DNA from: Candidatus Rokuibacteriota bacterium | Lineage (GTDB): Bacteria; Methylomirabilota; Methylomirabilia; Rokubacteriales; DASRDR01 | Direction of reading: 5' to 3' | Length of the DNA stretch: 28,939 nt | NCBI GenBank assembly: GCA_044866005.1 | Contig: JBIOTN010000204.1 | Location: forward strand, 1-28,939 | Shown here: one piece after another, positions 17,856 through 25,925 of the stretch | Position numbering within the stretch: position 1 is the first letter of the stretch | Layout: each line of letters begins with the position of its first letter | Notes under the pieces: model-generated | Database searches by the model: none | What the model was told of the DNA's origin: nothing | Seen by the model: the letters and a program-made list of their open reading frames with translations, nothing else | Translations under genes and position numbers: made by a program

Positions 17856-18341
17856 CTACGGCTCGAGGCCGCAGCTCACCACGGCTGCCGAGACGGCACT
17901 GTTGACGCCGTACGTGCCGTAGTCGGCGAATCCGGACCCCGCGGTGAACTGCGGCGGACTCAGGAAGACGTCGAACTGCCCCTGGGTGGCGTCCGCGAAG
18001 AAGGTCACCCCGAGCTCGACGAACGAGCCGTCCTTCGCGACAGTCGACGCGCCGAAGGCAGGGCTCAGCCCGGCCACCCGGCCGGTCAGGGCCTGGATCG
18101 CGCCAGGAGGCGTGGTGTGAAGCGGGCCCTTGAACCGGAAAAAGCCGAGGTCACCGCTGAGCGCGCCGCTGAGCTGCAGACAGAAATCCGCGGACGCCGG
18201 CGTCGCGGCGGCGAGGCCAGCCGCGATCAGCGCCGCGGTCAGGACCGCTGCGACCGACCCGCGGCGCACGCCGGCCCTGCCGCTCGCCCCGCCTTGCCCG
18301 GCACCGGATTGCCCCTGGACATGCGAAACGGTCACGCGCAT
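17856..18341 (-). CDS. Hypothetical secreted protein (161 aa) with Cys near both mature termini
   Basis: SD GGAGG before ATG 18341, a long signal peptide ending ASA-D, and a mature part DFC...VVSCGLEP rich in Gly and aromatics with beta-strand patterns. Confidence 0.8.
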   Translation of the reverse strand: MRVTVSHVQGQSGAGQGGASGRAGVRRGSVAAVLTAALIAAGLAAATPASADFCLQLSGALSGDLGFFRFKGPLHTTPPGAIQALTGRVAGLSPAFGASTVAKDGSFVELGVTFFADATQGQFDVFLSPPQFTAGSGFADYGTYGVNSAVSAAVVSCGLEP

Positions 18342-18376
18342 GACACCCTCCGCGTCCGATCCGTGTGTGTTGGCTC

Positions 18377-18432
18377 GATTGAACCGCGCCGCGTGGGGTT
18401 CCACGGTAGCGCTCGCGTCGCGGGCGCGTCAA
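18377..18432 (-). promoter_or_regulatory. Tandem promoter candidates: sigma70-like TTGACG-N18-TACCGT followed by ECF-like GGAACCCC-N14-AATC
   Basis: TTGACG 18432-18427, TACCGT 18408-18403, GGAACCCC 18402-18395, AATC 18380-18377. Confidence 0.45.
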
Positions 18433-18498
18433 CCCGGCTCGCCGCGCGCGCCCGGTCCCGGCGGGTCCTTCCGGCCGGCGGACCGGTCTGAGGTCGGC

Positions 18499-20022
18499 AT
18501 GCTGGCGCGAGTCGTGTCGGCCTGCCTGACCGGGATCGAGGCGGCGCTCGTCCGCGTCGAGGTGGACGTGAGCCACGGGCTGCCGAACTTCGCCACCGTG
18601 GGCCTGCCGGACCCCGTCGTGCGCGAGAGCCGCGACCGCGTGCGCACGGCCATTCGCAACTCCGGCTTCACATTCCCGGCGGACCGGGTCACCGTCAACC
18701 TGGCCCCGGCCGACCTGCGAAAGGAAGGCGTGAGCTTCGACCTGCCGATCGCGCTGGGACTCCTGGCGGCAGCGGGCGGCATCAAGCCGGAGCGGATGCA
18801 GGGCCTCCTGGTGGTCGGCGAGCTCGCGCTGGACGGCGTGATCCATCCGGTGCGGGGCGTCCTTCCCATGGCCCTGGCGGCAGCGCGGGCCGGGCTCGGC
18901 GGCTGCCTCCTCGCGCCCGCGAACGCCATGGAAGCGGCGGTGGTCGACCGGCTCCCCGCCTACGGGGTGGCCTCGCTGGCGGAGGCGGCGGCCTTCCTGA
19001 ACGGGGAGCGTGCCATGGAGCCCGTCTGCGTCGACGGGGAACGCCTGCTGGGAGCCGAGCGCGCCGATGACGTCGACTTCGCCGACGTCCATGGCCAGCT
19101 GCACGCCAAACGCGCCCTGGAGGTCGCGGCGGCGGGAAGTCACAACCTCCTCATGATCGGACCGCCGGGGAGCGGCAAGACGATGCTGGCGCGGCGGCTT
19201 CCCACGATCCTGCCGCCGCTGACGCTGGCGGAGGCGCTCGAAGTGAGCACGGTCTGGAGCGTGGCCGGGCGCCTGCCGGCCGACGGGCTCATGGCGAAGC
19301 GCCCGTTCCGCGCGCCACACCACACGACCTCCGACGCCGGCCTGATCGGTGGGAGCCGCGTGCCGCATCCCGGTGAGGTGAGCCTGGCCCATCGCGGCGT
19401 CCTGTTCCTGGACGAGCTGCCCGAGTTCCGGACCCACGTGCTCGAGACCCTGCGCCAGCCATTGGAAGACGGCCGGGTCGTCATCTCGCGGGCGGGCGGC
19501 AGCGTGACGTTCCCGGCAGACTTCCAGCTCGTGGCGGCCACGAACCTCTGCCGCCGCGGCTGCCGGGCACTCGCCGCGTGTACCTGCCCCTCCGGCGACC
19601 GACTCGCCTACCTGGGCCGCCTCTCGGGGCCCCTCCTCGACCGGATCGACATCCAGGTCGAGGTGCCCGCCGTCCCCTTCCGGGAGCTCGGCGGCGCGGC
19701 CCCCCCGGGGGAGTCGTCGGCGGCGGTCCGGCAGCGCGTCATCGCCGCGCGGGATCCTCAGCGATTCCGACTGGGCCGGACCGAAACGCGAGTGAACGCG
19801 CGAATGACCGGGCGTCAGGTCGCCCGGTATTGCCCGATCTCGGCCGAGGGCCGGCAGCTCCTGGGCCAGGCCGTGGACCGCCTCGGCCTGTCCGCGCGGG
19901 CGCACGACCGAGTACTCAAGGTGGCGCGGACGATCGCGGACCTGGCGGGTCGGGAGCACATCCAGCCCGAGCACCTCGCGGAAGCGCTCGTCTACCGCGT
20001 CCTCGACCGCCAGCCGCGCTGA
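18499..20022 (+). CDS. comM: ComM/YifB Mg-chelatase-like AAA+ helicase
   Basis: VGLPD..VRESRDRVR, VNLAPADLRKEG, GPPGSGKTMLA, PFRAPHHT, GEVSLAH.GVLFLDE, SGPLLDRID and ARTIADL motifs. Confidence 0.96.
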   Translation: MLARVVSACLTGIEAALVRVEVDVSHGLPNFATVGLPDPVVRESRDRVRTAIRNSGFTFPADRVTVNLAPADLRKEGVSFDLPIALGLLAAAGGIKPERMQGLLVVGELALDGVIHPVRGVLPMALAAARAGLGGCLLAPANAMEAAVVDRLPAYGVASLAEAAAFLNGERAMEPVCVDGERLLGAERADDVDFADVHGQLHAKRALEVAAAGSHNLLMIGPPGSGKTMLARRLPTILPPLTLAEALEVSTVWSVAGRLPADGLMAKRPFRAPHHTTSDAGLIGGSRVPHPGEVSLAHRGVLFLDELPEFRTHVLETLRQPLEDGRVVISRAGGSVTFPADFQLVAATNLCRRGCRALAACTCPSGDRLAYLGRLSGPLLDRIDIQVEVPAVPFRELGGAAPPGESSAAVRQRVIAARDPQRFRLGRTETRVNARMTGRQVARYCPISAEGRQLLGQAVDRLGLSARAHDRVLKVARTIADLAGREHIQPEHLAEALVYRVLDRQPR

Positions 20023-20074
20023 GCCAGCCGCCGGGCTCGTCCCGGAACCAGGGGAGACACGCCGGCTTTCCGCC

Positions 20075-20103
20075 GTGGCAGTCCCGGGCCGCTTCGCTAT
20101 ACT
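20075..20103 (+). promoter_or_regulatory. Candidate sigma70 promoter
   Basis: GTGGCA (20075-20080), N17, TATACT (20098-20103). Confidence 0.4.
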
Positions 20104-20145
20104 GGGGGCATCAGGGTCCGAGCCTGCCCGCGGCGGAGGTGAAGA

Positions 20146-20706
20146 GTGCGCGAGGGCGTCCGACTCGACCGGACACAGACCGCCGTCGTGATCGTCGACC
20201 TTCAGGAGCGGCTGTTCGGGGCCATGGATCCCGAGCAGCGCGAGGCCGCCGTGCGAAACGTGAAGATCCTCGCCGCGGCCGCGCGCCGGCTGGGGATCCC
20301 GCTGGCCGTCACCGAGCAGTATCCCAAGGGCCTCGGCCACACGCTGCCGGAAGTCCGGGAAGCCGTGGGTCCGGTGGAGCCGCTCAGCAAGGTGACGTTC
20401 AGCTGCTGCGGGCTGTCGGGGTTCGCGGAGGGGCTCCGCAGCCAGGGCGTCCGCGCGGTGGTGCTCGCGGGGCTGGAGACGCATGTCTGCGTCCTCTTGA
20501 CCGCGCTCGATCTGCTGGCCGAGGGCTTTGCCGTCCACGTGCCCGCGGACGCGACCGTCAGCCGCGCCCGGCGGAACTGGAAGGTCGCCCTGGCTCTTCT
20601 CCGGGCGGAAGGCGTCGTCGTCACGACCACGGAGACGGTCGTCTTCCAGCTCCTCCGGCAAGCGGACACCGACGATTTCCGAGCGCTCGCTCCGTTCCTG
20701 AAGTAA
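20146..20706 (+). CDS. Isochorismatase-family (YcaC/ISOC-like) cysteine hydrolase
   Basis: VIVDLQERL, TEQYPKGLG.T, K..FSC, GLETHVCV and TTTE.V.FQLL motifs; SD GGAGGT before the GTG. Confidence 0.93.
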   Translation: MREGVRLDRTQTAVVIVDLQERLFGAMDPEQREAAVRNVKILAAAARRLGIPLAVTEQYPKGLGHTLPEVREAVGPVEPLSKVTFSCCGLSGFAEGLRSQGVRAVVLAGLETHVCVLLTALDLLAEGFAVHVPADATVSRARRNWKVALALLRAEGVVVTTTETVVFQLLRQADTDDFRALAPFLK

Positions 20707-20720
20707 TCCGGTCCCCACCA

Positions 20721-21158
20721 GTGGCGCGATACTTCGACATCCGAACGACCGTGCTCATCGCAGTCGGCCACGGCCTCTTGCCCGAAGAGGAGGACCGCCC
20801 GATCGCATACGAGCTGCGGCGCGCCATCAACGAGCGCGGCCGGGGGACGGACGGTCACGTCGGGGTCGTGGTGACCGACGTGTGGATGCTCCAGAACGAG
20901 ATGGCCGAGTTCTTCCCCGCGATCGCCCTGGGCGGGCCGGGCGTCAACGGCTTCACGGCGCAGATCTACGAGGATCTGCCCGTCGCCTACTCGCGAGACC
21001 AGCGGGTCTTCATCCAGATGGATGCGGCCGGCACGGGCAAACGCGTCGCGGTGTGGGGCATGGACCAGGACACGACGCGCGAGGCGAGCCGCACGTTCGT
21101 GGCGGAAGGTCACCTCGACCGGTTCCTGGACCTGGTGTGGCGTCGCGGTGGCGGCTGA
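20721..21158 (+). CDS. Hypothetical alpha/beta protein (145 aa) with a GGPGVN motif
   Basis: The C-terminal part of track ORF 19578-21158 has normal composition and GC3 bias. GTG start lies 14 nt after the hydrolase stop, and the gene overlaps the NUDIX start. Confidence 0.75.
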   Translation: MARYFDIRTTVLIAVGHGLLPEEEDRPIAYELRRAINERGRGTDGHVGVVVTDVWMLQNEMAEFFPAIALGGPGVNGFTAQIYEDLPVAYSRDQRVFIQMDAAGTGKRVAVWGMDQDTTREASRTFVAEGHLDRFLDLVWRRGGG

Positions 21159-21564
21159 GACCGGGCGGCGACCCTCGGGTATCGCGGTCGCCGTCGACGT
21201 CATCATCGAAATGGAAGCGGGCGCGATCGTGTTGATCGCCCGCCGTCATCCTCCGCCGGGATGGGCGCTGCCTGGGGGGTTCGTCGAGCCGGGGGAGACG
21301 CTGGAGGCCGCCGCGATCCGCGAGGCGTACGAAGAGACCGGACTCCGGATCGAGCTCGTGCGCCAGCTCCACACCTACTCGGATCCGGCCCGCGACCCGC
21401 GAGGCCACACGATCTCGACCGTCTTCATCGCCCGCGGGCGCGGCGTGCCGGAAGGGCGCGACGACGCCCAGGCGGCCGGGATGTTCCGGCGAGAGACCCT
21501 ACCGCACCCGTTGGCCTTCGACCACGGGCAGATCCTCGCGGACTACTATGCGGGCCGCTACTGA
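21148..21564 (+). CDS. NUDIX hydrolase (ADP-ribose pyrophosphatase/MutT-like)
   Basis: Nudix box [24 protein letters not shown] plus [11 protein letters not shown] and LAFDH. Confidence 0.93.
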   Translation: MAAETGRRPSGIAVAVDVIIEMEAGAIVLIARRHPPPGWALPGGFVEPGETLEAAAIREAYEETGLRIELVRQLHTYSDPARDPRGHTISTVFIARGRGVPEGRDDAQAAGMFRRETLPHPLAFDHGQILADYYAGRY

Positions 21565-21591
21565 GGCGGTGGGCGTGTCGGCGCGGCGTCT

Positions 21592-22323
21592 TCAGAACCC
21601 GCGCCGGAGCGTCGGCGCGGGCACGGGCGGGAGGTTCGTGTAGGACACCGTCCCGTCCGCCCGGAGAAAGCGAAAGATCTGCTGCGGGGCCTGGCCCACC
21701 GCCCAGGGCCGCCCCGGTCCATCGAGCCCGTCGTAGAACGCCCGCACCTTCCGCACGTACTCCTGGGTCTCGGCGTAGGGGGGGACGCCCTGGTACGCGC
21801 GGACCGCCTCCTCGCCGGCGTTGTACGCCGCCAGCGCGAGCGTCACATCTCCCGAGAACCGCTGGAGCAACTCCCGCAAGTGGCGCACGCCGCCGTCGAC
21901 GTTCTGCTGGGGGTCGAACGGATTGCGGACGCCGAGCTCCGCGGCCCGCTGCGGCATGAGCTGCATGAGGCCCTGGGCGCCCTTCCGCGACACGGCCCGG
22001 GGATTACCGGCGGACTCCACCACGACGACTGCCTCCACGAGCCGGCGGTCCACCAGGTAGCGCTCCGCCGTCACCCGGATGAGCTCGGCGTAGGGCACCG
22101 GCGCACGGCCGCGGATACCCGTGAAGGGCACGGGCGCGGCGGCGCTACGAGGCTCGACCCAGCCGGGAAGGCGCCGGTACCGGGGGTCGGAGGGGGCGTT
22201 CGTGTAGTGGACGACGCCGGCCGGGTCCTCGTACCGGTAGGTGTCGCCTGCGGCCGGGCTGCTGACCGCGAGGCCGGCGAGCACCCAGAGAACCCCTGCC
22301 TGCGCGGCGCCCCTCCCGAGCAT
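21592..22323 (-). CDS. Lytic transglycosylase (SLT domain) with DUF4124-like segments and a signal peptide
   Basis: Catalytic VES, AVS.KGA.GLMQLMP, ALAAYNAG and PPY.ET..YV motifs; YRYEDPAGVVHYTN at the N-terminus. Confidence 0.94.
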   Translation of the reverse strand: MLGRGAAQAGVLWVLAGLAVSSPAAGDTYRYEDPAGVVHYTNAPSDPRYRRLPGWVEPRSAAAPVPFTGIRGRAPVPYAELIRVTAERYLVDRRLVEAVVVVESAGNPRAVSRKGAQGLMQLMPQRAAELGVRNPFDPQQNVDGGVRHLRELLQRFSGDVTLALAAYNAGEEAVRAYQGVPPYAETQEYVRKVRAFYDGLDGPGRPWAVGQAPQQIFRFLRADGTVSYTNLPPVPAPTLRRGF

Positions 22324-22331
22324 GGGGCGCC

Positions 22332-22361
22332 ATTCTAGGGAAAGGCGTCGAGCGGTGTCAA
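22332..22361 (-). promoter_or_regulatory. sigma70 promoter, probably giving a leaderless transcript
   Basis: TTGACA (22361-22356), N18, TAGAAT (22337-22332), then 8 nt to the ATG with no SD. Confidence 0.7.
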
Positions 22362-22367
22362 GTTTAC

Positions 22368-22389
22368 CGGGACGTGGCGGATCGTCCCG
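22368..22389 (-). terminator. Short hairpin directly after the lon stop
   Basis: 7-bp stem CGGGACG/CGTCCCG; there is no U-tract, so function is uncertain. Confidence 0.3.
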
Positions 22390-24834
22390 TCAGTTCAAGC
22401 TTTCTCCCGCGAAGGCGGCCTCGCGTTCCGGGCGCCAACGCCGGCCGTCGGGCAGGGCGATCCGCAGCACCTCGGACACGGTCGAGACCAGGTGAATGGT
22501 GAGCTGGGCCCGGACGTCAGCCGGAACGTCCTCGACCAGCGCCTTCTCGTTCTGCCGCGGCAGGATGACGGTCGTGATGCCTGCCCGGTGGGCGGCCAGC
22601 ACTTTCTCCTTGATGCCTCCCACGGGAAGCACCCGTCCGCTCAGAGTGATCTCGCCGGTCATGGCGAGGCGGGGCTGCACCGGCCGGCTCGTCAGGAGCG
22701 AGGCGAGCGCGGTGGCGAGGGTGATCCCGGCCGAAGGCCCGTCCTTCGGGATCGCGCCGGCCGGCACGTGCAGGTGCAGGTCGTTCTCGCTCCAGAAGCC
22801 GGGATCGATCCCCAACTCGTGGGCGTGCGTCCGTACCCACGTGACCGCGGCCTGGGCCGACTCCTTCATCACGTCGCCGAGCTGTCCGGTCAGCGTCAAG
22901 GACTTCCCGCCCTTCATCATCGACGCCTCGACGAACAGGATATCGCCGCCGGCGGGCGTCCACGCGAGCCCGACCGCCACGCCGGGCACGCGGGTCCGCT
23001 CTTCCAGCTCTTCCTCGATGAGGAAGCGCGGCGACCCCAGGAACGCCGTCACGCGCTCCACCGTGATCGTCATCGGCTCGTCATGGCCCTCGGCGCGCCG
23101 GCGCGCGACCTTCCGGCAGAGCGAGGCGATGTCGCGCTCGAGGTTCCGGATCCCGGCCTCCCGCGTGTAGCTGCGGACGAGCATCCGCAGCGCCTCCTCG
23201 CTGAAGCTGATGTCCCGGCCGAGAACCAGGCCGTGCTCCCTCGCCTGCTTGGGGCAGAGATGCCGCAGGGCGATCTGGACCTTCTCGTCCTCCGTGTACC
23301 CGGCGAGGTGGATCACCTCCATCCGGTCCCGCAACGGGGCGGGGATGGGATCCAGGAGGTTCGCCGTGGTGATGAACAGGATCCGGGAGAGGTCGAATGC
23401 CACGTCGAGGTAATGGTCCCGGAACGTCGCGTTCTGCTCCGGATCCAGGACCTCGAGCAACGCCGACGCGGGGTCACCCCGGAAGTCGAATCCCAGCTTG
23501 TCCACCTCGTCCAGCATGAACACCGGGTTTCGGGTCTCCGTCCGACGCAACCCCTGGATGATCTGCCCTGGCAGCGCGCCGATGTACGTGCGCCGGTGGC
23601 CCCGGATCTCGGCCTCGTCCCGCATGCCGCCCAGCGAGATCCGGTGGAACTTGCGGCCGAGGGCGCGGGCGATGGAGCGTCCCAGCGAGGTCTTGCCCAC
23701 GCCCGGTGGGCCGACGAAGCAGAGGATCGGGTCCTTGCCGTCGGGTCGGATCTTGCGAACGGCGAGATACTCGAGGATCCGGTCCTTGATCTTGTCGAGC
23801 CCCCAGTGGTCCTCGTCCAGGACCGTCCGGGCCCGGACGAGATCGATGTCGTCGTGCGTCTCCTTCTGCCACGGCAGCGACACGAGCCATTCGAGGTACG
23901 TCCGCACGACCGTGTACTCGGCCGCGGCCGGCGGCATCTTGGCGAGCCGGTCGAGCTCGCGAACAGCTTCGCGGTGTGCCTCCTCGGACATACCGGCGGA
24001 CTCGATCTTCTCCCGCAGTTCGGCGATCTCCTGCGTGCGCTCATCTCCCTCGCCGAGCTCCTGCTGGATGGCCTTCATCTGCTCGCGGAGGTAGTACTCC
24101 CGCTGCGTCTTGGTCATCTCGCTCTCGACCCGCGACTGGATCTTGGAGCCGAGCTCCAGGACTTCCGCCTCCTTCACCAGCACCCCGACCAGCGCCTTGA
24201 GCCGCGCCTTGACGTCGGACGTCTCGAGCAGGGTCTGCTTGTGCTCCATGGTGAGGGACGGCAGCAGCGCCGCCATGAGGTCGGCCATGCGGCCCGGATC
24301 CCCGGCGCTCGACACCAGCGGGACGAGCTCGTCGGCGAGCCGCGGGGACAGCTCCACGATGCGCTCGAACAGCGCGAGGGCCTGCCGTGCCAGGGCTTCG
24401 GCTTCCGCGTCGTCGGAAGCGGCCGGAATGTCGGGCAGCCGCTCGATGCGGGCCTTGAGGTACGGCGCCGTCTGCGTGAACTCGACGAACCGGAACCGCT
24501 CGATCCCCTGGATCACGAGGCGAATCGTCCCGTCCGGTTGCTTCAAGAGCCTGTGGATGGCCGCGACGGTCCCCACCCCGTGGAGATCCTGTGGCGCCGG
24601 GGTCTCCTGCGTGGCCTCCCGCTGCGTCACCACGCCGACGAGGCGCGAGCCGCGCACCGCCTCGTCGACGAGCCGCACGGAGGCAGGTCGGGCCACCGCC
24701 AGCGGCAGGACTGCCTGGGGGAAGAGCACCGCCTCCCGCAGGGGAAGGATGGGGAGCTCGTCTGCCGCGCCCGGGTTCACGGGTTCGTGCGCCTCTCGCG
24801 CCTTGGCTTCGACCGCCATCGTGGAGTCGCTCAT
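22390..24834 (-). CDS. lon: ATP-dependent protease La (LonA)
   Basis: N-domain [30 protein letters not shown], catalytic PKDGPSAG and VGGIKEK. ATGA overlap with the upstream gene. Confidence 0.98.
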   Translation of the reverse strand: MSDSTMAVEAKAREAHEPVNPGAADELPILPLREAVLFPQAVLPLAVARPASVRLVDEAVRGSRLVGVVTQREATQETPAPQDLHGVGTVAAIHRLLKQPDGTIRLVIQGIERFRFVEFTQTAPYLKARIERLPDIPAASDDAEAEALARQALALFERIVELSPRLADELVPLVSSAGDPGRMADLMAALLPSLTMEHKQTLLETSDVKARLKALVGVLVKEAEVLELGSKIQSRVESEMTKTQREYYLREQMKAIQQELGEGDERTQEIAELREKIESAGMSEEAHREAVRELDRLAKMPPAAAEYTVVRTYLEWLVSLPWQKETHDDIDLVRARTVLDEDHWGLDKIKDRILEYLAVRKIRPDGKDPILCFVGPPGVGKTSLGRSIARALGRKFHRISLGGMRDEAEIRGHRRTYIGALPGQIIQGLRRTETRNPVFMLDEVDKLGFDFRGDPASALLEVLDPEQNATFRDHYLDVAFDLSRILFITTANLLDPIPAPLRDRMEVIHLAGYTEDEKVQIALRHLCPKQAREHGLVLGRDISFSEEALRMLVRSYTREAGIRNLERDIASLCRKVARRRAEGHDEPMTITVERVTAFLGSPRFLIEEELEERTRVPGVAVGLAWTPAGGDILFVEASMMKGGKSLTLTGQLGDVMKESAQAAVTWVRTHAHELGIDPGFWSENDLHLHVPAGAIPKDGPSAGITLATALASLLTSRPVQPRLAMTGEITLSGRVLPVGGIKEKVLAAHRAGITTVILPRQNEKALVEDVPADVRAQLTIHLVSTVSEVLRIALPDGRRWRPEREAAFAGESLN

Positions 24835-25493
24835 GATGCCTCTTCCGGCAGACTGCGGACCCGGCCGGGCGCCGCTTCCGAACGCGACTGATCCCGCTCC
24901 CAGGCCTCTTGGCACCGGGTGCATCGGACCGCGAACGGATGCGCGCGCAGCCGGTTGAAGTTGATCGGCTCCTCGCAGACCTCGCACCGCCCGTAGCTGC
25001 CTTCGTCCATCTTCTTCAGTGCGAGGTCGATCTGTGCCAGCATCCCCGCCCGCCGGTCGGCGACCGCGAAACCCATCTCGTCGTCCGGACTCAGCGCGAG
25101 CCGGTCACCGAAGGGCGTACCCTCGATCTTCTCGCGCTGGGCCGCCTCCCGCCGCTCCTCGCGCTCGTCGCGGAGCTTGCCGACCAGCTCGGCGCGCTTC
25201 GTCAGGAGCGACGCCTTCAGCTCGGCCTGGGTCGCGACCGGGCTCGTGCCGGTGGCCGGACGCTTGCCGGTGGCCGGACGCTTGCTGGTGGCCGGGCCCT
25301 GGCTGGTGGCCGGGCCCTGGCTGGTGGCCGGGCCCTGGCCGGACACCAGGCTCTTGCTGGCCGTCGGGCTGTGGCCGGTGGCCGGGCCCTTCAGGGCTGC
25401 CGGTCGCTTCGCGGCCGGGCGGGCCGGCTGACCCTTGGCGGTGGTCGGGCCCTTCACCGCCGCCCCGAGTTTCCCCGAACGTGGTCGTGTCAT
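24831..25493 (-). CDS. TraR/DksA C4 zinc-finger protein with a basic repeat-rich N-terminal extension
   Basis: [19 protein letters not shown]...I...RL.A.P....CTRCQ motif preceded by a coiled coil; SD AAGGAG before ATG 25493. Confidence 0.9.
   Translation of the reverse strand: MTRPRSGKLGAAVKGPTTAKGQPARPAAKRPAALKGPATGHSPTASKSLVSGQGPATSQGPATSQGPATSKRPATGKRPATGTSPVATQAELKASLLTKRAELVGKLRDEREERREAAQREKIEGTPFGDRLALSPDDEMGFAVADRRAGMLAQIDLALKKMDEGSYGRCEVCEEPINFNRLRAHPFAVRCTRCQEAWERDQSRSEAAPGRVRSLPEEAS
25231..25410. repeat. In-frame 18-bp tandem repeat (about 10 units)
   Basis: CCGGTGGCCGGACGCTTG x2 (25249-25284) and CTGGTGGCCGGGCCCTGG x3 (25285-25338), plus degenerate flanking units. They encode KRPATG/QGPATS hexapeptides. 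Confidence 0.9.
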
Positions 25494-25539
25494 CGCGTCT
25501 CCTTGGCGTTCGTGCTCGTTTGTCCTGCGCCCACGGCGT

Positions 25540-25923
25540 TTAGAAGACATCGAGCTTCCGGAGCCTCCGGTCGGCGACCCGCACCAGCGCAGCCCCGGCC
25601 GGCCCTTCGGCGTCCGAGGGCTCCGACGACTGCCCCCGGGCATACGAGGCCAAAGCCTCCAGCTCCTCCTGCATGGAGAGCATTTGCCGCCTCATCTTTA
25701 AGATGATCTCGACCCCCGCCAGATTCACTCCCAGATCCCGCGTCAGCCGGATGATCCGGCGGACGTCGTCGACGTCCTCGGCGGAATACATCCGCGTCCG
25801 CCCGCCCGCGCGGCTCGGCCGGATCAACCCCTTCCGCTCGTAGAGCCGAAGGGTCTGCGGGTGGATCTTCAGCAAGTCCGCCACCACGCCGATCGAGTAG
25901 AGCGGGCGTCCGGAATCGGTCAT
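25540..25923 (-). CDS. hspR: HspR-like MerR-family heat-shock repressor
   Basis: YSIGVVA.LL.IHPQTLR.YER.GLI.PSR...R.YS..D and LT.DLGVNLAGVE motifs; lies immediately downstream of dnaJ. Confidence 0.9.
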   Translation of the reverse strand: MTDSGRPLYSIGVVADLLKIHPQTLRLYERKGLIRPSRAGGRTRMYSAEDVDDVRRIIRLTRDLGVNLAGVEIILKMRRQMLSMQEELEALASYARGQSSEPSDAEGPAGAALVRVADRRLRKLDVF

Positions 25924-25925
25924 CG

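Noticed and set aside
16527..18341. Both secreted orphan genes are exactly 486 nt, suggesting duplication
   Set aside because: There is no sequence similarity and the signal and mature lengths differ; treated as coincidence.
22492..24891. 799-aa ORF antisense to lon, and similar long antisense ORFs over priA, rsmB, ffh and comM
   Set aside because: Codon-bias shadows of real genes; the products are R/G/P/A-rich with no recognisable domains.
25231..25410. CRISPR array
   Set aside because: The repeats are contiguous 18-mers without spacers, in frame inside a CDS, and no cas genes are present.
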